A program made the translations under genes and the position numbers. DNA of 64,000 nucleotides from Phycisphaerae bacterium (GTDB lineage Bacteria; Planctomycetota; Phycisphaerae; UBA1845), in contig CAXXGO010000001.1 of NCBI GenBank assembly GCA_963666835.2, positions 96,001-160,000 of the forward strand, read 5' to 3'. Under the pieces are notes generated by a model. That model saw only the letters and a program-made list of their open reading frames with translations. It made no database searches and was not told the DNA's origin. This document shows positions 40,668 through 51,306 of the stretch, piece by piece (the stretch's first letter is position 1; each line of letters opens with the position of its first letter).

Positions 40668-41507
40668 ATGACCAAGATAGCGGTGGCCAGTGGTAAAGGC
40701 GGGACCGGTAAGACGACAGTCGCCGCGAATCTAGCGTACGTGGCCTCGCGCAATGGTCAGACGGTGGCGTATCTGGACTGCGACGTAGAGGAACCCAACG
40801 GCCATATATTCCTTAAACCGGAGATCAAACACAGCGAGCCGGTCGGCATTCTGGTTCCGCACGTGTCCGAAGCCGACTGCAACCTCTGTGGAAAGTGCGG
40901 AGAGATCTGTCAATACAGTGCAATTGTGTGCGTGGGCAAGAAGGTCCTGGTCTACCCGGAACTTTGTCATGCTTGCGGGGGGTGCCGGATGGTCTGTCCG
41001 ACCGGTGCCATTACCGAGGTCCGTCGTGACATGGGCTTAGTGGGAACCGGCTGGGCCGACTCGATCCGCTTCGTCCACGGATGCCTGACGGTCGGGGAGG
41101 CCATGAGCCCTCCGGTAATCAAGGCGGTCAAGGCGGCCGCTCCCAAGGTGGACCTGCTCATTACCGACGCGCCGCCGGGTACCTCCTGCCCGGTGATCGA
41201 GAGTATTCGCGAGTGCGATTTCGTTTTGTTGGTGACGGAGCCGACCCCGTTCGGGCTCAATGATCTGAAACTAGCGGTAGAGATGGTACGCGTTCTGGAG
41301 CTGCCCTTTGCGGTCGTGCTCAATCGAGCAGATGTTGGCGATCGGGGCGTACACGAGTATTGCGCCGCGGAGCGTATCAAGCTGCTGGCGGAGATTCCGG
41401 ACGACCGTAGGATTGCGGAAGCGTATTCGAGGGGCGAGATGATCTGTGAGGCTCTTCCGGAATATCGCTCGGTTTTCAAAGAGCTGTTGAGGGATCTTAC
41501 CTCATGA
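40668..41507 (+). CDS. MinD-like P-loop ATPase with inserted 2x[4Fe-4S] domain
   Basis: SGKGGTGKTT, DCDVEEPN, two ferredoxin motifs, DAPPGTSCP, TEPTPFGL. Confidence 0.92.
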   Translation: MTKIAVASGKGGTGKTTVAANLAYVASRNGQTVAYLDCDVEEPNGHIFLKPEIKHSEPVGILVPHVSEADCNLCGKCGEICQYSAIVCVGKKVLVYPELCHACGGCRMVCPTGAITEVRRDMGLVGTGWADSIRFVHGCLTVGEAMSPPVIKAVKAAAPKVDLLITDAPPGTSCPVIESIRECDFVLLVTEPTPFGLNDLKLAVEMVRVLELPFAVVLNRADVGDRGVHEYCAAERIKLLAEIPDDRRIAEAYSRGEMICEALPEYRSVFKELLRDLTS

Positions 41508-42409
41508 AGGAAATGGTCGTAATCAGCGGCAAGGGTGGAACCGGGAAGACGTCCCTCGTGGCTTCGTTTGCCGACCTGGCCGGCAGGTGCGTGGTGGCTG
41601 ACGCCGATGTGGACGCGGCCGATCTTCACCTGGTTCTTAATCCGACGGTTGTTCAGCAAGAGGACTTCTCCGGGGGTTCGCGGGCGAGGGTGATTGCGGA
41701 GGATTGTACCGCCTGCGGTAAGTGTGCGGAGATCTGCCGCTTCGAAGCGATTATTGCGGAAGATTCGGTCAACGGCCAAGCGGACCGGACGTACCGGGTG
41801 GACCCCATTGCCTGTGAGGGGTGCGGGGTCTGTGCGTACTTCTGCCCGGCCGAGGCCATCGATTTTTCGCCGGTTGTGAATGGACAGTTGTTTGTTTCCG
41901 AGACTCGTTGCGGTCCGATGGTCCACGCCAAGCTCGGCATTGCCGAAGAGAACTCCGGGAAGCTGGTCAGCCTGGTACGCCAGCGCGCCAAGGCGATTGC
42001 CCAAGAGCAGGGTTTGGACTTAGTGCTGATCGACGGATCGCCGGGTATCGGATGTCCGGTAATAGCGTCGATTACCGGGGCGGATCAAGTGCTGGTGGTG
42101 ACCGAGCCGACGCTGAGCGGTCTTCACGACCTGCAACGAGTTGCGGATCTGACCACGCACTTCGATATAGAGATGTACGTGTGCATTAACAAGTGGGATC
42201 TTAATGAAGGGCTTGCGTCTGAGATAGAAGAGCAAACCCATCGGCGCGGTGGTCATGTCGCCGGGAGGGTGCGCTATGATCGAGCGGTTACCGAGGCGCA
42301 AGTGCATGCCCAGACTATCACGGAACGCGAATGCGGGGCCGCTAACGATATTCGCAGACTGTGGGCGCGGTTGAGAGACGTCGGGGATTTCGATAGCATC
42401 CGGGTCTGA
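41504..42409 (+). CDS. Second MinD-like P-loop ATPase with 2x[4Fe-4S] domain
   Basis: SGKGGTGKTS, DADVDAADL, CTACGKC, CEGCGVC, ENSGKLV, DGSPGIGCP. Confidence 0.92.
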   Translation: MKEMVVISGKGGTGKTSLVASFADLAGRCVVADADVDAADLHLVLNPTVVQQEDFSGGSRARVIAEDCTACGKCAEICRFEAIIAEDSVNGQADRTYRVDPIACEGCGVCAYFCPAEAIDFSPVVNGQLFVSETRCGPMVHAKLGIAEENSGKLVSLVRQRAKAIAQEQGLDLVLIDGSPGIGCPVIASITGADQVLVVTEPTLSGLHDLQRVADLTTHFDIEMYVCINKWDLNEGLASEIEEQTHRRGGHVAGRVRYDRAVTEAQVHAQTITERECGAANDIRRLWARLRDVGDFDSIRV

Positions 42410-42552
42410 GGGTCCGCTGTGCGGACCATTTGGTTTTGTGCGTTGCCGCTGTGGTCCGCGGAGCGGACCCTATTTTGAGGGATGAACCGAGGAATCCAGG
42501 GTATTGTGCAGGATTGGCCTCGGATACGCTGAATACGACTTGTGAGGATTAT

Positions 42553-43851
42553 ATGAATAACGGTCAGCCGGAAAACCGAAACGAAACCGCCTCGACCGGG
42601 GCGTGCGGAAGCTGCACCGGCGGCTCCTGCGCAACACCGCCGCGACGTCCCGAAGAATCGGACAAGGACTTCATCGAAAGACAAGAGCTCGAGCGGAGGC
42701 TGAGCCTGATTCAGCACCGGATTCTTGTCCTGTCGGGCAAGGGCGGGGTCGGCAAGAGCACCGTGGCCGTGAATCTGGCGGCCGCGCTGGCCCGGGCGGG
42801 TAAGAAGGTCGGCCTGTTGGATATCGACGTACACGGCCCGAGCGTTCCGGGGCTGCTGGGTCTGCAGGACCGCCAGATCATGGGATCCGAGGAGGGGATG
42901 GTTCCGGTCAGGCTGAACGACAACCTCGCCGTTATGTCTATTGGGTTCATGGTGGGAGACGAGAGCACGGCCGTGGTTTGGCGCGGCCCGATGAAACACG
43001 GCGTCATTCGCCAGTTTCTGAAAGACGTGGCTTGGGGTGCGTTGGACTATCTTGTCGTGGACTCGCCGCCCGGTACCGGTGACGAGCCGATGTCAATAGC
43101 CCAACTGGTTGGTTCGCCGGCCGGGGCCGTGATTGTGACGACCCCGCAGAAGGTGGCCGTAACAGATGTGCGGCGTTGTGTGTCCTTCTGCGGCATGCTG
43201 TCATTGCCGGTCATTGGGATCGTGGAGAACATGAGCGGTTATGCCTGCCCGAAGTGCGGGGAGCGGATCGATCTGTTCAAATCCGGCGGCGGGAAGGCCC
43301 TGGCCGAGGAAACGCAAGTGCCGTTTCTGGGAAGCGTGCCGATTGATCCGGACATTGTGATTGCCGGCGACACCGGCCGTCCGTTCGTCGATGAGCCCGA
43401 GAAGACCGCTGCAGGGCGGGCTTTCGGCGGTATCGTGCAGGCCGTTCTGGCTTTGCAGGAATCAGGCCGTCCGGATACCGAGAAAGCGAAGGAGCATAGG
43501 GAGAACCAAGGTATGAAGATTGCCATTCCCGTGGCGAACGGGCGACTGAGTATGCACTTCGGTCATTGCGAGGAGTTTGCCATAGTCGAGGTCGATGAAG
43601 AGGCCAAAACTATCGTCGGCACCCAGATGCACAAACCTCCCGCCCATGAGCCGGGTGTTCTTCCGGCGTGGCTCCATGAGATGGGGGCGAACGTGATCAT
43701 CGCCGGCGGTATGGGGCAGCGCGCCCAGCAGCTTTTTGCCCAGAACGACATCTCCGTTGTGGTAGGCGCCGCGTCAGAGCCGCCGGATCAGCTTGCTGCG
43801 GCATACCTGGAGGGGACGCTTCAATCCGGGGAGAACATCTGTGATCACTGA
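42553..43851 (+). CDS. mrp: Mrp/ApbC (Nbp35-like) Fe-S carrier ATPase fused to a NifB/NifX domain
   Basis: SGKGGVGKST, WRGPM, DSPPGTGD, ENMS..CPKC; C-terminal MKIAIP..HFGHC..HEPG..CDH. Confidence 0.92.
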   Translation: MNNGQPENRNETASTGACGSCTGGSCATPPRRPEESDKDFIERQELERRLSLIQHRILVLSGKGGVGKSTVAVNLAAALARAGKKVGLLDIDVHGPSVPGLLGLQDRQIMGSEEGMVPVRLNDNLAVMSIGFMVGDESTAVVWRGPMKHGVIRQFLKDVAWGALDYLVVDSPPGTGDEPMSIAQLVGSPAGAVIVTTPQKVAVTDVRRCVSFCGMLSLPVIGIVENMSGYACPKCGERIDLFKSGGGKALAEETQVPFLGSVPIDPDIVIAGDTGRPFVDEPEKTAAGRAFGGIVQAVLALQESGRPDTEKAKEHRENQGMKIAIPVANGRLSMHFGHCEEFAIVEVDEEAKTIVGTQMHKPPAHEPGVLPAWLHEMGANVIIAGGMGQRAQQLFAQNDISVVVGAASEPPDQLAAAYLEGTLQSGENICDH

Positions 43852-44272
43852 GCCGCTTCAGGCGGAGCTGCGTGAGACCCGGGCGACGGCCCATTCGACC
43901 TGTGTGGTCTGCGGCGCGGCGAACCGCCGGAGCTTGGGCCTGAAGTTCGTGGCCGGTGAGGACGGCGTCGTACACGCGTCCTTCGGGTGCGATAAGGCGT
44001 TCGAGGGATACGCCGGGATGTTGCACGGTGGCATAATCGCGTCACTGTTGGACGGCGCGATGACCAACTGCATGTTCGCAAAGGGCGTCCCGGCCATAAC
44101 GGCGGAGCTCAATGTGCGGTTCAGGCATCCCGTTGTGGTGAACGAGCCGGCGACCGTACGCGCGTGGGTCGATCGGTCCTCACCGCCTTTGTACGTGCTG
44201 AAATCCGAGATCGTTCAGGGCGGGCAATTGAAGGCGGTCGGCGTGGGTAAGTTCATAAAACAGCCGGGTTGA
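43841..44272 (+). CDS. PaaI-family (hotdog fold) thioesterase
   Basis: CVVCG..N..SLGL, HGGIIASLLD, TAELNVRFRHP. Confidence 0.85.
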   Translation: MITEPLQAELRETRATAHSTCVVCGAANRRSLGLKFVAGEDGVVHASFGCDKAFEGYAGMLHGGIIASLLDGAMTNCMFAKGVPAITAELNVRFRHPVVVNEPATVRAWVDRSSPPLYVLKSEIVQGGQLKAVGVGKFIKQPG

Positions 44273-44614
44273 AAAAGGCGCCGACAGTTCGTCCCAACCG
44301 GGGCAACGCGTGTTAGGCCAGCGTTTGGATCTCCTGACAGGCCGGCGCGAACCGCACCCACGGGCTCACGCCCTCGTTGTTCTACACATCATTCGACGTA
44401 TTCACCAACTGCAACCGTTCCATCTTCGATCTCGATTCTCCAGCCCGAAGGGCTCAGATGAAGTAGCCGGGGGCAAGGCCGCCATCGGCGGACGTCGCCC
44501 CCGGTGGTGCCGACAGATCCAGCCTGACCCCGGTAGGGGGCAAATAGGGTCGGCAGATGTGCGATGCGCCACCGCCGCGGGTATGGGGCGCCCGCGCGGG
44601 GGCTTCGCTAATCT

Positions 44615-45880
44615 CTACGAGGTCGCGGGTGCTGGCGCGGGCTTTTGTCGGCGCGATCCTCTGCTCGGCGATCTTTCTGTACGTGGGCGGCGTGGGCGTG
44701 AAGGACGCCCGGGGGCCATACGGCGCGGCGCCGGGGTCGGATCGTTGTCTACCGGCGGATCGCCTACGCACTGCAGGGGCTCGCAGATCAGTCGTTCGAT
44801 TGCCCGGAGGTCCTGGCGCTGGTCTGCGGTGCAGAAGGACACCGCGGTGCCGGTGGCCCCGGCCCGCCCGGTTCGGCCGATGCGATGCACGTAAGTCTCC
44901 GGCTCAGGCGTCAGGTCGAAGTTGAAGACGTGGGAGATGTCCTCGACGTCCAAGCCGCGAGCGGCAATGTCGGTCGCGACGAGCACGGGCGTCTTGGCTG
45001 ATCGGAACTCCGCCAACGCGCGAGTCCGCGCGTTTTGGCTCTTGTTGCCGTGCAGCGCCGCGGCGGGCACGCCGGCCTTGCCGAGCCTCCGAGCCACGTT
45101 GTCCGCCCCGTGCTTGGTGCGCGTGAAGACCAGGGCTCGCGTATAAGGGGTCTCGATCAGCAGTTGCACCAGGCATGCTGCCTTTCCTGCTTTCTCCACG
45201 TGATGGACCCAGTGTTCGACCAGCGGTGCGGGCGATGACACGCGGTCCACCTGTACGGGGACCGGCTTGTTAAGGATGTCGCCCGCGAGTTTGCGGATCG
45301 GGGGCGGCATAGTCGCCGAGAACAGCAGCGTCTGCCGCCGGCGAGGTACCTCGGCGAGAATCCGGCGGATGTCGGGCATGAAGCCCATATCGAGCATGCG
45401 GTCGGCCTCATCCAGTACCAGAATCTCGATCCCGGCGACGCTGACCAGACCTTGACCCATAAGGTCAAGCAGACGTCCGGGAGTGGCAATCAGAACATCC
45501 ACCCCCGCGCGCAACGCGCGGACTTGCGGACCCTGTTTCACTCCGCCGTGCACTACGGTTTGTCGTACACCGGTATGTCGACCGTACGTACGGAAACTCT
45601 CATGGATCTGCTGCGCCAGCTCGCGAGTCGGGCACAACACCAAGGCTCGGATCCGGCCGACCGGGGTTCTCGCCCCCTCCGAACGTCTGCTCAGCCGGTG
45701 GAGGATGGGTAACGCAAACGCGGCCGTCTTACCGGTGCCCGTTTGGGCGCAGCCGAGCACATCGTGACCGGAAAGGACCAGCGGAATGGCCTGGGCCTGG
45801 ATAGGTGTAGGATGAACGTAATGTGCCGAGCGTACGGCACGCAGGAGCGGCTCAGCGAGCCGCAGATCTTCAAATCTCAT
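44615..45880 (-). CDS. rhlE: DEAD-box RNA helicase (RhlE-like)
   Basis: [46 protein letters not shown]; Arg-rich tail. Confidence 0.92.
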   Translation of the reverse strand: MRFEDLRLAEPLLRAVRSAHYVHPTPIQAQAIPLVLSGHDVLGCAQTGTGKTAAFALPILHRLSRRSEGARTPVGRIRALVLCPTRELAQQIHESFRTYGRHTGVRQTVVHGGVKQGPQVRALRAGVDVLIATPGRLLDLMGQGLVSVAGIEILVLDEADRMLDMGFMPDIRRILAEVPRRRQTLLFSATMPPPIRKLAGDILNKPVPVQVDRVSSPAPLVEHWVHHVEKAGKAACLVQLLIETPYTRALVFTRTKHGADNVARRLGKAGVPAAALHGNKSQNARTRALAEFRSAKTPVLVATDIAARGLDVEDISHVFNFDLTPEPETYVHRIGRTGRAGATGTAVSFCTADQRQDLRAIERLICEPLQCVGDPPVDNDPTPAPRRMAPGRPSRPRRPRTERSPSRGSRRQKPAPAPATS

Positions 45881-46388
45881 TCTGTAATACTCTAAAAAAC
45901 CCCAAGCGAAGATGTGTCGGACGCGCGCCGCGTCTACCAAAGCCATCGGTGCCTGGTCATGCTCCAATGGCAGTTACTCCACGGGCAGTATCTAAACTAT
46001 ATACGCTGGCGGGCGCCGCGTCAATCTGGCAGGGGACCGAGAAGAACGTCTACCATGACCGCTCTAGGTGGCAGAATCGGCCACGATACACCTGGGACGG
46101 CGGTTTTGACGCGGTGAATTGACCGTCTCCGAGGCTTCGCATTTCCTCAATAAAACCCGGAATTCCGCAAAAATACTCGTTTTTCTGGGTTCTTGGGCCG
46201 TGACCGGCTCCGGAGAACGCTCAACCGTCCGGCAGCATCGGCCGGCTCCGCAAGGCGCTATCTGCGTTTCGATAGGAAACCGAACCACACGACAACGGCC
46301 AGGGCCACGAGCAAGATGACTGCAACCAACAAGTCGGATATCTGGGCAATGATCATTCAATCTCCCTCATGCTGTTCGGCGGTTGGTG

Positions 46389-47363
46389 TCAGATAATTCC
46401 GAGGTTTCCGGTGCGGAACGACCCGGCGATGGCATTGGGTATTTCGGCTTCGGCGAGCACGACCCTGGCGCGGTTCTCTTCGACCTTGGCCCTGTTCTCG
46501 GCGGTTTGGGCGACCGCCATGGCCCGGCGTTTCTCTGCTTCTGCCTGGAAGCGGCGGGTGTCGGCTTGGGCCTGATCGACCTGTAGCTTGGCGCCGATAT
46601 TCTCGCCGACGTCCAGGTCGGCAATATCGATCGACAGTATCTCGTATGCGGTTCCGGAATCGAGGCCCTTCTGCAGGACGGCCTTGCTGATCTGATTGGG
46701 ATTCTCGAGCACGGCCTTGTATGTCTGGGAAGATCCTATTGCGCTGACGATGCCTTCGCCTACGCGGGCAATAATGGTTTGTTCGGTGGCACCGCCGATT
46801 AGCTGCCGGATGTTGGTGCGGACGGTGATGCGGGCTTTGGCTTTGAGCTGGATTCCGTCCCTCGCCACGGCGTCGACGGACGATCTCCCCTGCTCCAGGT
46901 CGGGTATATCGATGACTTTGGGATTCACGCTGGTGTTAATAGCGTCAGTGAGGTCCCGCCCGGCCAGATCGATGGCACACGCCTCGTTCCAATCCAAGGC
47001 CAGAGCCGCTCGGTTGGCGGCAATCATGGCGCGGGTAACTTTGTCGACGCGGCCACCGGCGAGGAAGTGGCTTTCCAGGTCGTTAACCGTCGTGTCGTGG
47101 ATTCCGGCTTTGACGAGCTGGATCCTGGCAAACACGATGGCGCTCATGTTGACCTTGCGTAGGCGCATACCGATCAGGTCGGTCATCCTCACCTCGGCGT
47201 TGCTCATGAAGGCCTGGAGCCACAACCGGAAGAATTGCGCGGCGACGAGGAGAATGAAGAAGCCGATTACGCCGACAAAGCAGGCGATAATCCACCAACC
47301 GGACCATCCCGGTGCCTGGGCCAGGGCCATTGCGTCAAGCAGACTCATGTTATTCATTGTCAT
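46389..47363 (-). CDS. floA: Flotillin-like protein FloA (YqfA family)
   Basis: [72 protein letters not shown]. Confidence 0.9.
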   Translation of the reverse strand: MTMNNMSLLDAMALAQAPGWSGWWIIACFVGVIGFFILLVAAQFFRLWLQAFMSNAEVRMTDLIGMRLRKVNMSAIVFARIQLVKAGIHDTTVNDLESHFLAGGRVDKVTRAMIAANRAALALDWNEACAIDLAGRDLTDAINTSVNPKVIDIPDLEQGRSSVDAVARDGIQLKAKARITVRTNIRQLIGGATEQTIIARVGEGIVSAIGSSQTYKAVLENPNQISKAVLQKGLDSGTAYEILSIDIADLDVGENIGAKLQVDQAQADTRRFQAEAEKRRAMAVAQTAENRAKVEENRARVVLAEAEIPNAIAGSFRTGNLGII

Positions 47364-49252
47364 GTTCCACGGATCGCTAGCCGGGAATCCGGAGGTGAAT
47401 TGGACAACTGTGGCACCGGCCCGCTGCCGACCGCCGGCTCCAACTCGCCGCGCGCTTTCACCGGCAACGCGTGGTCGGCAGGCGCGCCGGAAGCACCACG
47501 CATGGGGATGCGGCTGGTGGGCAAGGTCGTTCTGCGCCGGATGTTCCCCCAGCGGAGGCGCACCGCCCAGCCAAAAGTCCGACGAATCGTACGCATCAGC
47601 CCCCACATGCCGAGCCACTGGCAGATTGCGTCAGCCAGATAGAGTTTGCTCTTCGGCCGAACCAGCGCCAGCAAGAAACGCACCGGGTTATAGAAATACA
47701 TGTAGGCGACCAGGATGTTGAGCTGTTTCCGCCAGGGTTTTCGGTGATGCGAGGCCACGACGTAGCTTCCGCTGAACATGTGCTCTTCGACCCGCCGCGC
47801 TCCCGCGCTCTCAAAGACCATTCCGGAAGTGTACGCTTCACCGTACAGCTTCGAGCCGGTTGCCGGCGTTAGCATCAGGGCTTGCATGCTGACCGCACCG
47901 GCCTTACGCAATAGCCTGACCTGGTTGAGCAGGCCGGAGGGTTCCGGGCCGCGGCTGAGTAGAGGCTGTTCGTCGTGGTGCATCAGCATGGGCATCGGAC
48001 AGATGCCATGCTTATGCAGCAAACGAAAGGTCTCGGTTGTCCTGTCGGCGCCCTGGCCCTTCTTCACCAACGTGCCGGTCAAATCCTCGACTCCGAGCCA
48101 CAACGCCCGCACTCCGGCCTTGCGCACGGTCGACAAATGGTCCTTGAGCTGCAGAGCATCATGTACCGTCACCTCAGTTCCCCATCGAAGACACTTGCGA
48201 AGGGGCTTACCGCTGATTTTGGTTTGGGCGAGGGTCTCGACGATATCGAGTGTCCGGCTCTTGTCGTTGAAGAAGTTGTCGTCGGCGCCGAAGAAACGGC
48301 GAATGCCATACGCCTTGTGCAATCTGGCAAACTCGTCGGCGATGCGCGCCCCGCTCTTGGCGCGGTGCCGGCGCTGGTTATACGCGGGAATCGGGCAATA
48401 GGGGCACGTGAATCGGCACCCAAGCGTCAGCACCAGAGAGCTGATCGGACTGTACCGGCCGACCCGGTCGGGCGGCAGAGCGTGTCTCGCCAACGTAGCC
48501 CTCGCGCTGGGCGGTTCGAGCAACTCGTATCCCAGCACGGGATGCGGGAGTTCATCGAGATCGCCGAGCAGACGCTGAACGCCTGTGTCGATAAGTTCCT
48601 CGGCCGCACCGGCGCCGTCGGTTCGCGCATATACCAAGCCGGGAACGTCGTCGAGAATGCCGTCGTGGCACGCCCGCATGAAGGTTTTACGAAGTGGCTC
48701 GTCTCTTCCTCGAACCGAGAGCAGAACCTCCAGCAGGCTCAACAGGACGTATTCCTCGCCGGTAACCGCCACATCCGCGGTCCACGGATCACCTGGGTCC
48801 ACGTTGAAGACGCCCCAGGGCTCGTAGATGCTCTTTGGCCCCCCGGCAATTATCAGCGGCCGGTGTTCCTGGTCGATTCGGCAGGCGTTGCGGACCAACA
48901 TATCGCTCGCGGCGGAGTGGATCTGCATGCTTGAGACCATGAACAGATCGGGAATGCGCCCGTCCAGACGCATCTGGGACGGCTGGAAGTTCCGGTTCCA
49001 TTGTTGGAGCACGATGCGGGTCTTCTCGAACCCCGCGTCCACCATCGCCGAGCCGATCGCACGAACGCCGGCCGGCGCCATACGCAAGTCGGCGTGGACA
49101 AAGGGCAGCATGCGCGTTCGGTGATCGAAGGCGCACGCGATTACGCTGGTAAGGTCGTGCTGCCCGGCGAGGTTCCGCATGCGGCGGCGCAGATCGAGCA
49201 ACTCGCCGGGTCTTAGCAGTTCATCGCCCGCAGCGCGAGGAGGGAGTTCCAT
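47360..49252 (-). CDS. B12-binding domain radical SAM protein
   Basis: N-terminal Rossmann-like region (IIAGGP...GEE), [18 protein letters not shown]. Confidence 0.85.
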   Translation of the reverse strand: MELPPRAAGDELLRPGELLDLRRRMRNLAGQHDLTSVIACAFDHRTRMLPFVHADLRMAPAGVRAIGSAMVDAGFEKTRIVLQQWNRNFQPSQMRLDGRIPDLFMVSSMQIHSAASDMLVRNACRIDQEHRPLIIAGGPKSIYEPWGVFNVDPGDPWTADVAVTGEEYVLLSLLEVLLSVRGRDEPLRKTFMRACHDGILDDVPGLVYARTDGAGAAEELIDTGVQRLLGDLDELPHPVLGYELLEPPSARATLARHALPPDRVGRYSPISSLVLTLGCRFTCPYCPIPAYNQRRHRAKSGARIADEFARLHKAYGIRRFFGADDNFFNDKSRTLDIVETLAQTKISGKPLRKCLRWGTEVTVHDALQLKDHLSTVRKAGVRALWLGVEDLTGTLVKKGQGADRTTETFRLLHKHGICPMPMLMHHDEQPLLSRGPEPSGLLNQVRLLRKAGAVSMQALMLTPATGSKLYGEAYTSGMVFESAGARRVEEHMFSGSYVVASHHRKPWRKQLNILVAYMYFYNPVRFLLALVRPKSKLYLADAICQWLGMWGLMRTIRRTFGWAVRLRWGNIRRRTTLPTSRIPMRGASGAPADHALPVKARGELEPAVGSGPVPQLSNSPPDSRLAIRGT

Positions 49253-49255
49253 ATT

Positions 49256-49540
49256 CTAATCCCTGCCGTCTGCCGCGGTGCGCAACCTCAGCCGAGGGCC
49301 CGATTCTGTGCTTCTGACATCGAGGGTCATGTTCGCCATCGCCTGCGCCACCACGCCGTCCAAGAGCAGGACGCTCCGGCCGTCGTGGGTGAATTCCGTG
49401 TCCGCAGGACGGGCGCAGGACGGGCGCAGTCTCCAGCCACCTGTCCGCCGGGTGAATCTCAGAGCGACCCCGTCTGTGAGTTTCTTTCGAGCCAACTTTC
49501 GCGACAAGCAATCCAGCGCGTCTGCTGTTACGGTTAACAT
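49256..49540 (-). CDS. Small HesB/IscA-fold-like protein
   Basis: MLTVTADA...ALRF...D..F..DG..VLLLD...TLDV pattern; lacks the IscA Cys motif. Confidence 0.6.
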   Translation of the reverse strand: MLTVTADALDCLSRKLARKKLTDGVALRFTRRTGGWRLRPSCARPADTEFTHDGRSVLLLDGVVAQAMANMTLDVRSTESGPRLRLRTAADGRD

Positions 49541-49694
49541 GGTTTACCATCCATTCGTAGTGTCGAAGCCTCCCGCCGCGCTGCACTCAGCTGTTCCTGG
49601 CGGGTGATCGTGCGTTCGATGGCCGCAAAGGCGATCTACGGAGTACCGCGCGGTGGCCGCGTGCCAGTCTCATGATTGCGCCAACGCTGATTCT

Positions 49695-49961
49695 CTAGCA
49701 GGCGCATTTTCCACTTTCGCCGCCCGCGTCAGATTCCGGCGCCCTGTCCTCCGCGAACGACAAGTGTGCGTCATGGTCAACGGCCTGTTGGGTGTTTCCT
49801 TCCGTGCCTCGAGCACCATCGGACGCCAACGGTGTCGGGGCACCTTCGTTGTTATCACGGCGTAGGCGTTTCAACGCGGTCCTATCTTGTTTAAGTTGGG
49901 CGCGCTCGCGCTTCTTGAACTCGCGACTACGCTTGCTACTCGAACTTCTTGGCTTTGCCAT
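49695..49961 (-). CDS. Small basic hypothetical protein
   Basis: AAGGAG RBS; Lys/Arg-rich N-terminus MAKPRSSSSKRSREFKKRER. Confidence 0.55.
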   Translation of the reverse strand: MAKPRSSSSKRSREFKKRERAQLKQDRTALKRLRRDNNEGAPTPLASDGARGTEGNTQQAVDHDAHLSFAEDRAPESDAGGESGKCAC

Positions 49962-50085
49962 CTGACTCCTTTTTCTTCTTTAGGGTGGTCGTACTCAGTG
50001 ATGCACCGACTCCGGCGATCCTCCCGTTGATTCCTCGTAGTCCCGGCGGAACGGCCCGGGCCGCTTCGACAGTAATCAGCATGAC

Positions 50086-50550
50086 TCATCCGGCCTGTTT
50101 GGGTGTTTTGCCGCTTCGTTCTATTTCCGGCATCGTTCCATCATTCGATTCCTTTTCCGGTTCCTCGGGGCCCGGGTCACTCCCACTCCAGGTGGACGCT
50201 GGCACGGCATGGGCGAGCGAGAACACCTGCACCACCGTGCCGGTCGACGTGTCGACTTCCGTGGTTGCCTCAGACACCTCGGTTCCCGTGATTCGGCTGA
50301 TCTTCCGGCATAGCGGCTCGGAGGTTGTAGCGAAGAGCTGTCGTTGAAGCTCCCGGATCTGGGCGGAACCTTCGCTGCTTTGCCCCAGGGCCGTCTCGGC
50401 TGGAGACAAGGTCCCCCGTAGCGTGACCACGAGCGTGTCCTCGCTCAAGACCACGGTGACCGAGCTGGGAAGTCGCCCCCTCGTTTTCTGCTCGAAGACC
50501 CTGACGGCCTGGGCGATTCGCCGGGCCTTGCTCGAATCGGACTTGTCCAT
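50086..50550 (-). CDS. DUF2294 (MpsC-like) protein
   Basis: FEQKTRGRLPSSVTV...LVVTLRGTLSPAE...ITGTEV...TSTG.VVQVF. Confidence 0.8.
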   Translation of the reverse strand: MDKSDSSKARRIAQAVRVFEQKTRGRLPSSVTVVLSEDTLVVTLRGTLSPAETALGQSSEGSAQIRELQRQLFATTSEPLCRKISRITGTEVSEATTEVDTSTGTVVQVFSLAHAVPASTWSGSDPGPEEPEKESNDGTMPEIERSGKTPKQAG

Positions 50551-50591
50551 CGGGTCAACCCCTGTAGGTCGCAGCGGTTCCGCATCGCGCC

Positions 50592-50700
50592 AAAACAAAA
50601 AAGCCGACGCGGCCAAACACCCGCAGATGTTCAGCAACGTCGGCTTACTCTTCAACGAGCCCCCCGACATCGTCGGGTTGCCCTTCACCAAGTCATCCGA
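50592..50700 (-). ncRNA. Putative cis-regulatory leader RNA (attenuator) with intrinsic terminator
   Basis: The minus strand reads CGGAUGACUUGGUGAAGGGCAA, hairpin CCCGAC-GAU-GUCGGG, hairpin GCUC-GUUGAA-GAGU, terminator stem AAGCCGACG...CGUCGGCUU and UUUUGUUUU. It ends about 40 nt before the DUF2294 ATG. Confidence 0.65.
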
Positions 50701-50925
50701 GAACAGCGGTCGGACCCGCCGCGTCGCGCGCCGCGGCTCCACTCGCTACCGTTATTGTACGTCACCGGAAGGACAATGGTAGCCAGATTCACAAAAACCG
50801 AGTAGATTAATAGTTCAATGTTCAACACGCAGAGAATTCCGGCATGCGTAGGTGTCATGCGTGGCGGATTGAGTATATCTGCCGAGCAGAGCTCGGACCG
50901 CCAGTGAAACACGCTTGAGGTTCCG

Positions 50926-51306
50926 ATGAAGACACAAGGAGAGATTGAGGCTGCCATCTGCGAGGGGGTTAGGCGTTTCGAACAAGAGTTCATGGGACGC
51001 GGACCCAAGGCGATCCACTCGCACTTGATTGGTGACCTGATCGTGATTCGCCTCCACGGCGTTCTGACTGCGGCCGAACAGCAGTTGGTTCAGTCTCTTC
51101 CGACCGAAAAGGGCAGGGGCCTGCTCAAACAGGTCAGGATCCAACTAATCGAAACGGCCCGTCCGGTCCTGGAATCGATGGTCTTGGAGGTTACGGGCGC
51201 GAAGGTTGTGAGCCTTCACCACGACATCAGCACCGCTACCGGAGAGGAGATCGTGGTCTTCACCTTGGCCCAGTCGCCCCTCGTTCGCGAGAAGGGGAAC
51301 CGGTAA
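50926..51306 (+). CDS. DUF2294 (MpsC family) protein
   Basis: MKTQGEIEAAI...FEQEFMGRGP...GVLTAAEQQL...HHDISTATGEEIVVFTL. Confidence 0.9.
   Translation: MKTQGEIEAAICEGVRRFEQEFMGRGPKAIHSHLIGDLIVIRLHGVLTAAEQQLVQSLPTEKGRGLLKQVRIQLIETARPVLESMVLEVTGAKVVSLHHDISTATGEEIVVFTLAQSPLVREKGNR

Noticed and set aside
37967..43851. Nitrogen fixation cluster
   Set aside because: NifB/NifX-like domains occur without nifHDK/ENB; the gene content matches orp clusters.
44380..44600. Hairpin-rich intergenic region between the thioesterase and the helicase
   Set aside because: It looks REP-like, but there is no second copy in the window and no definable ends.
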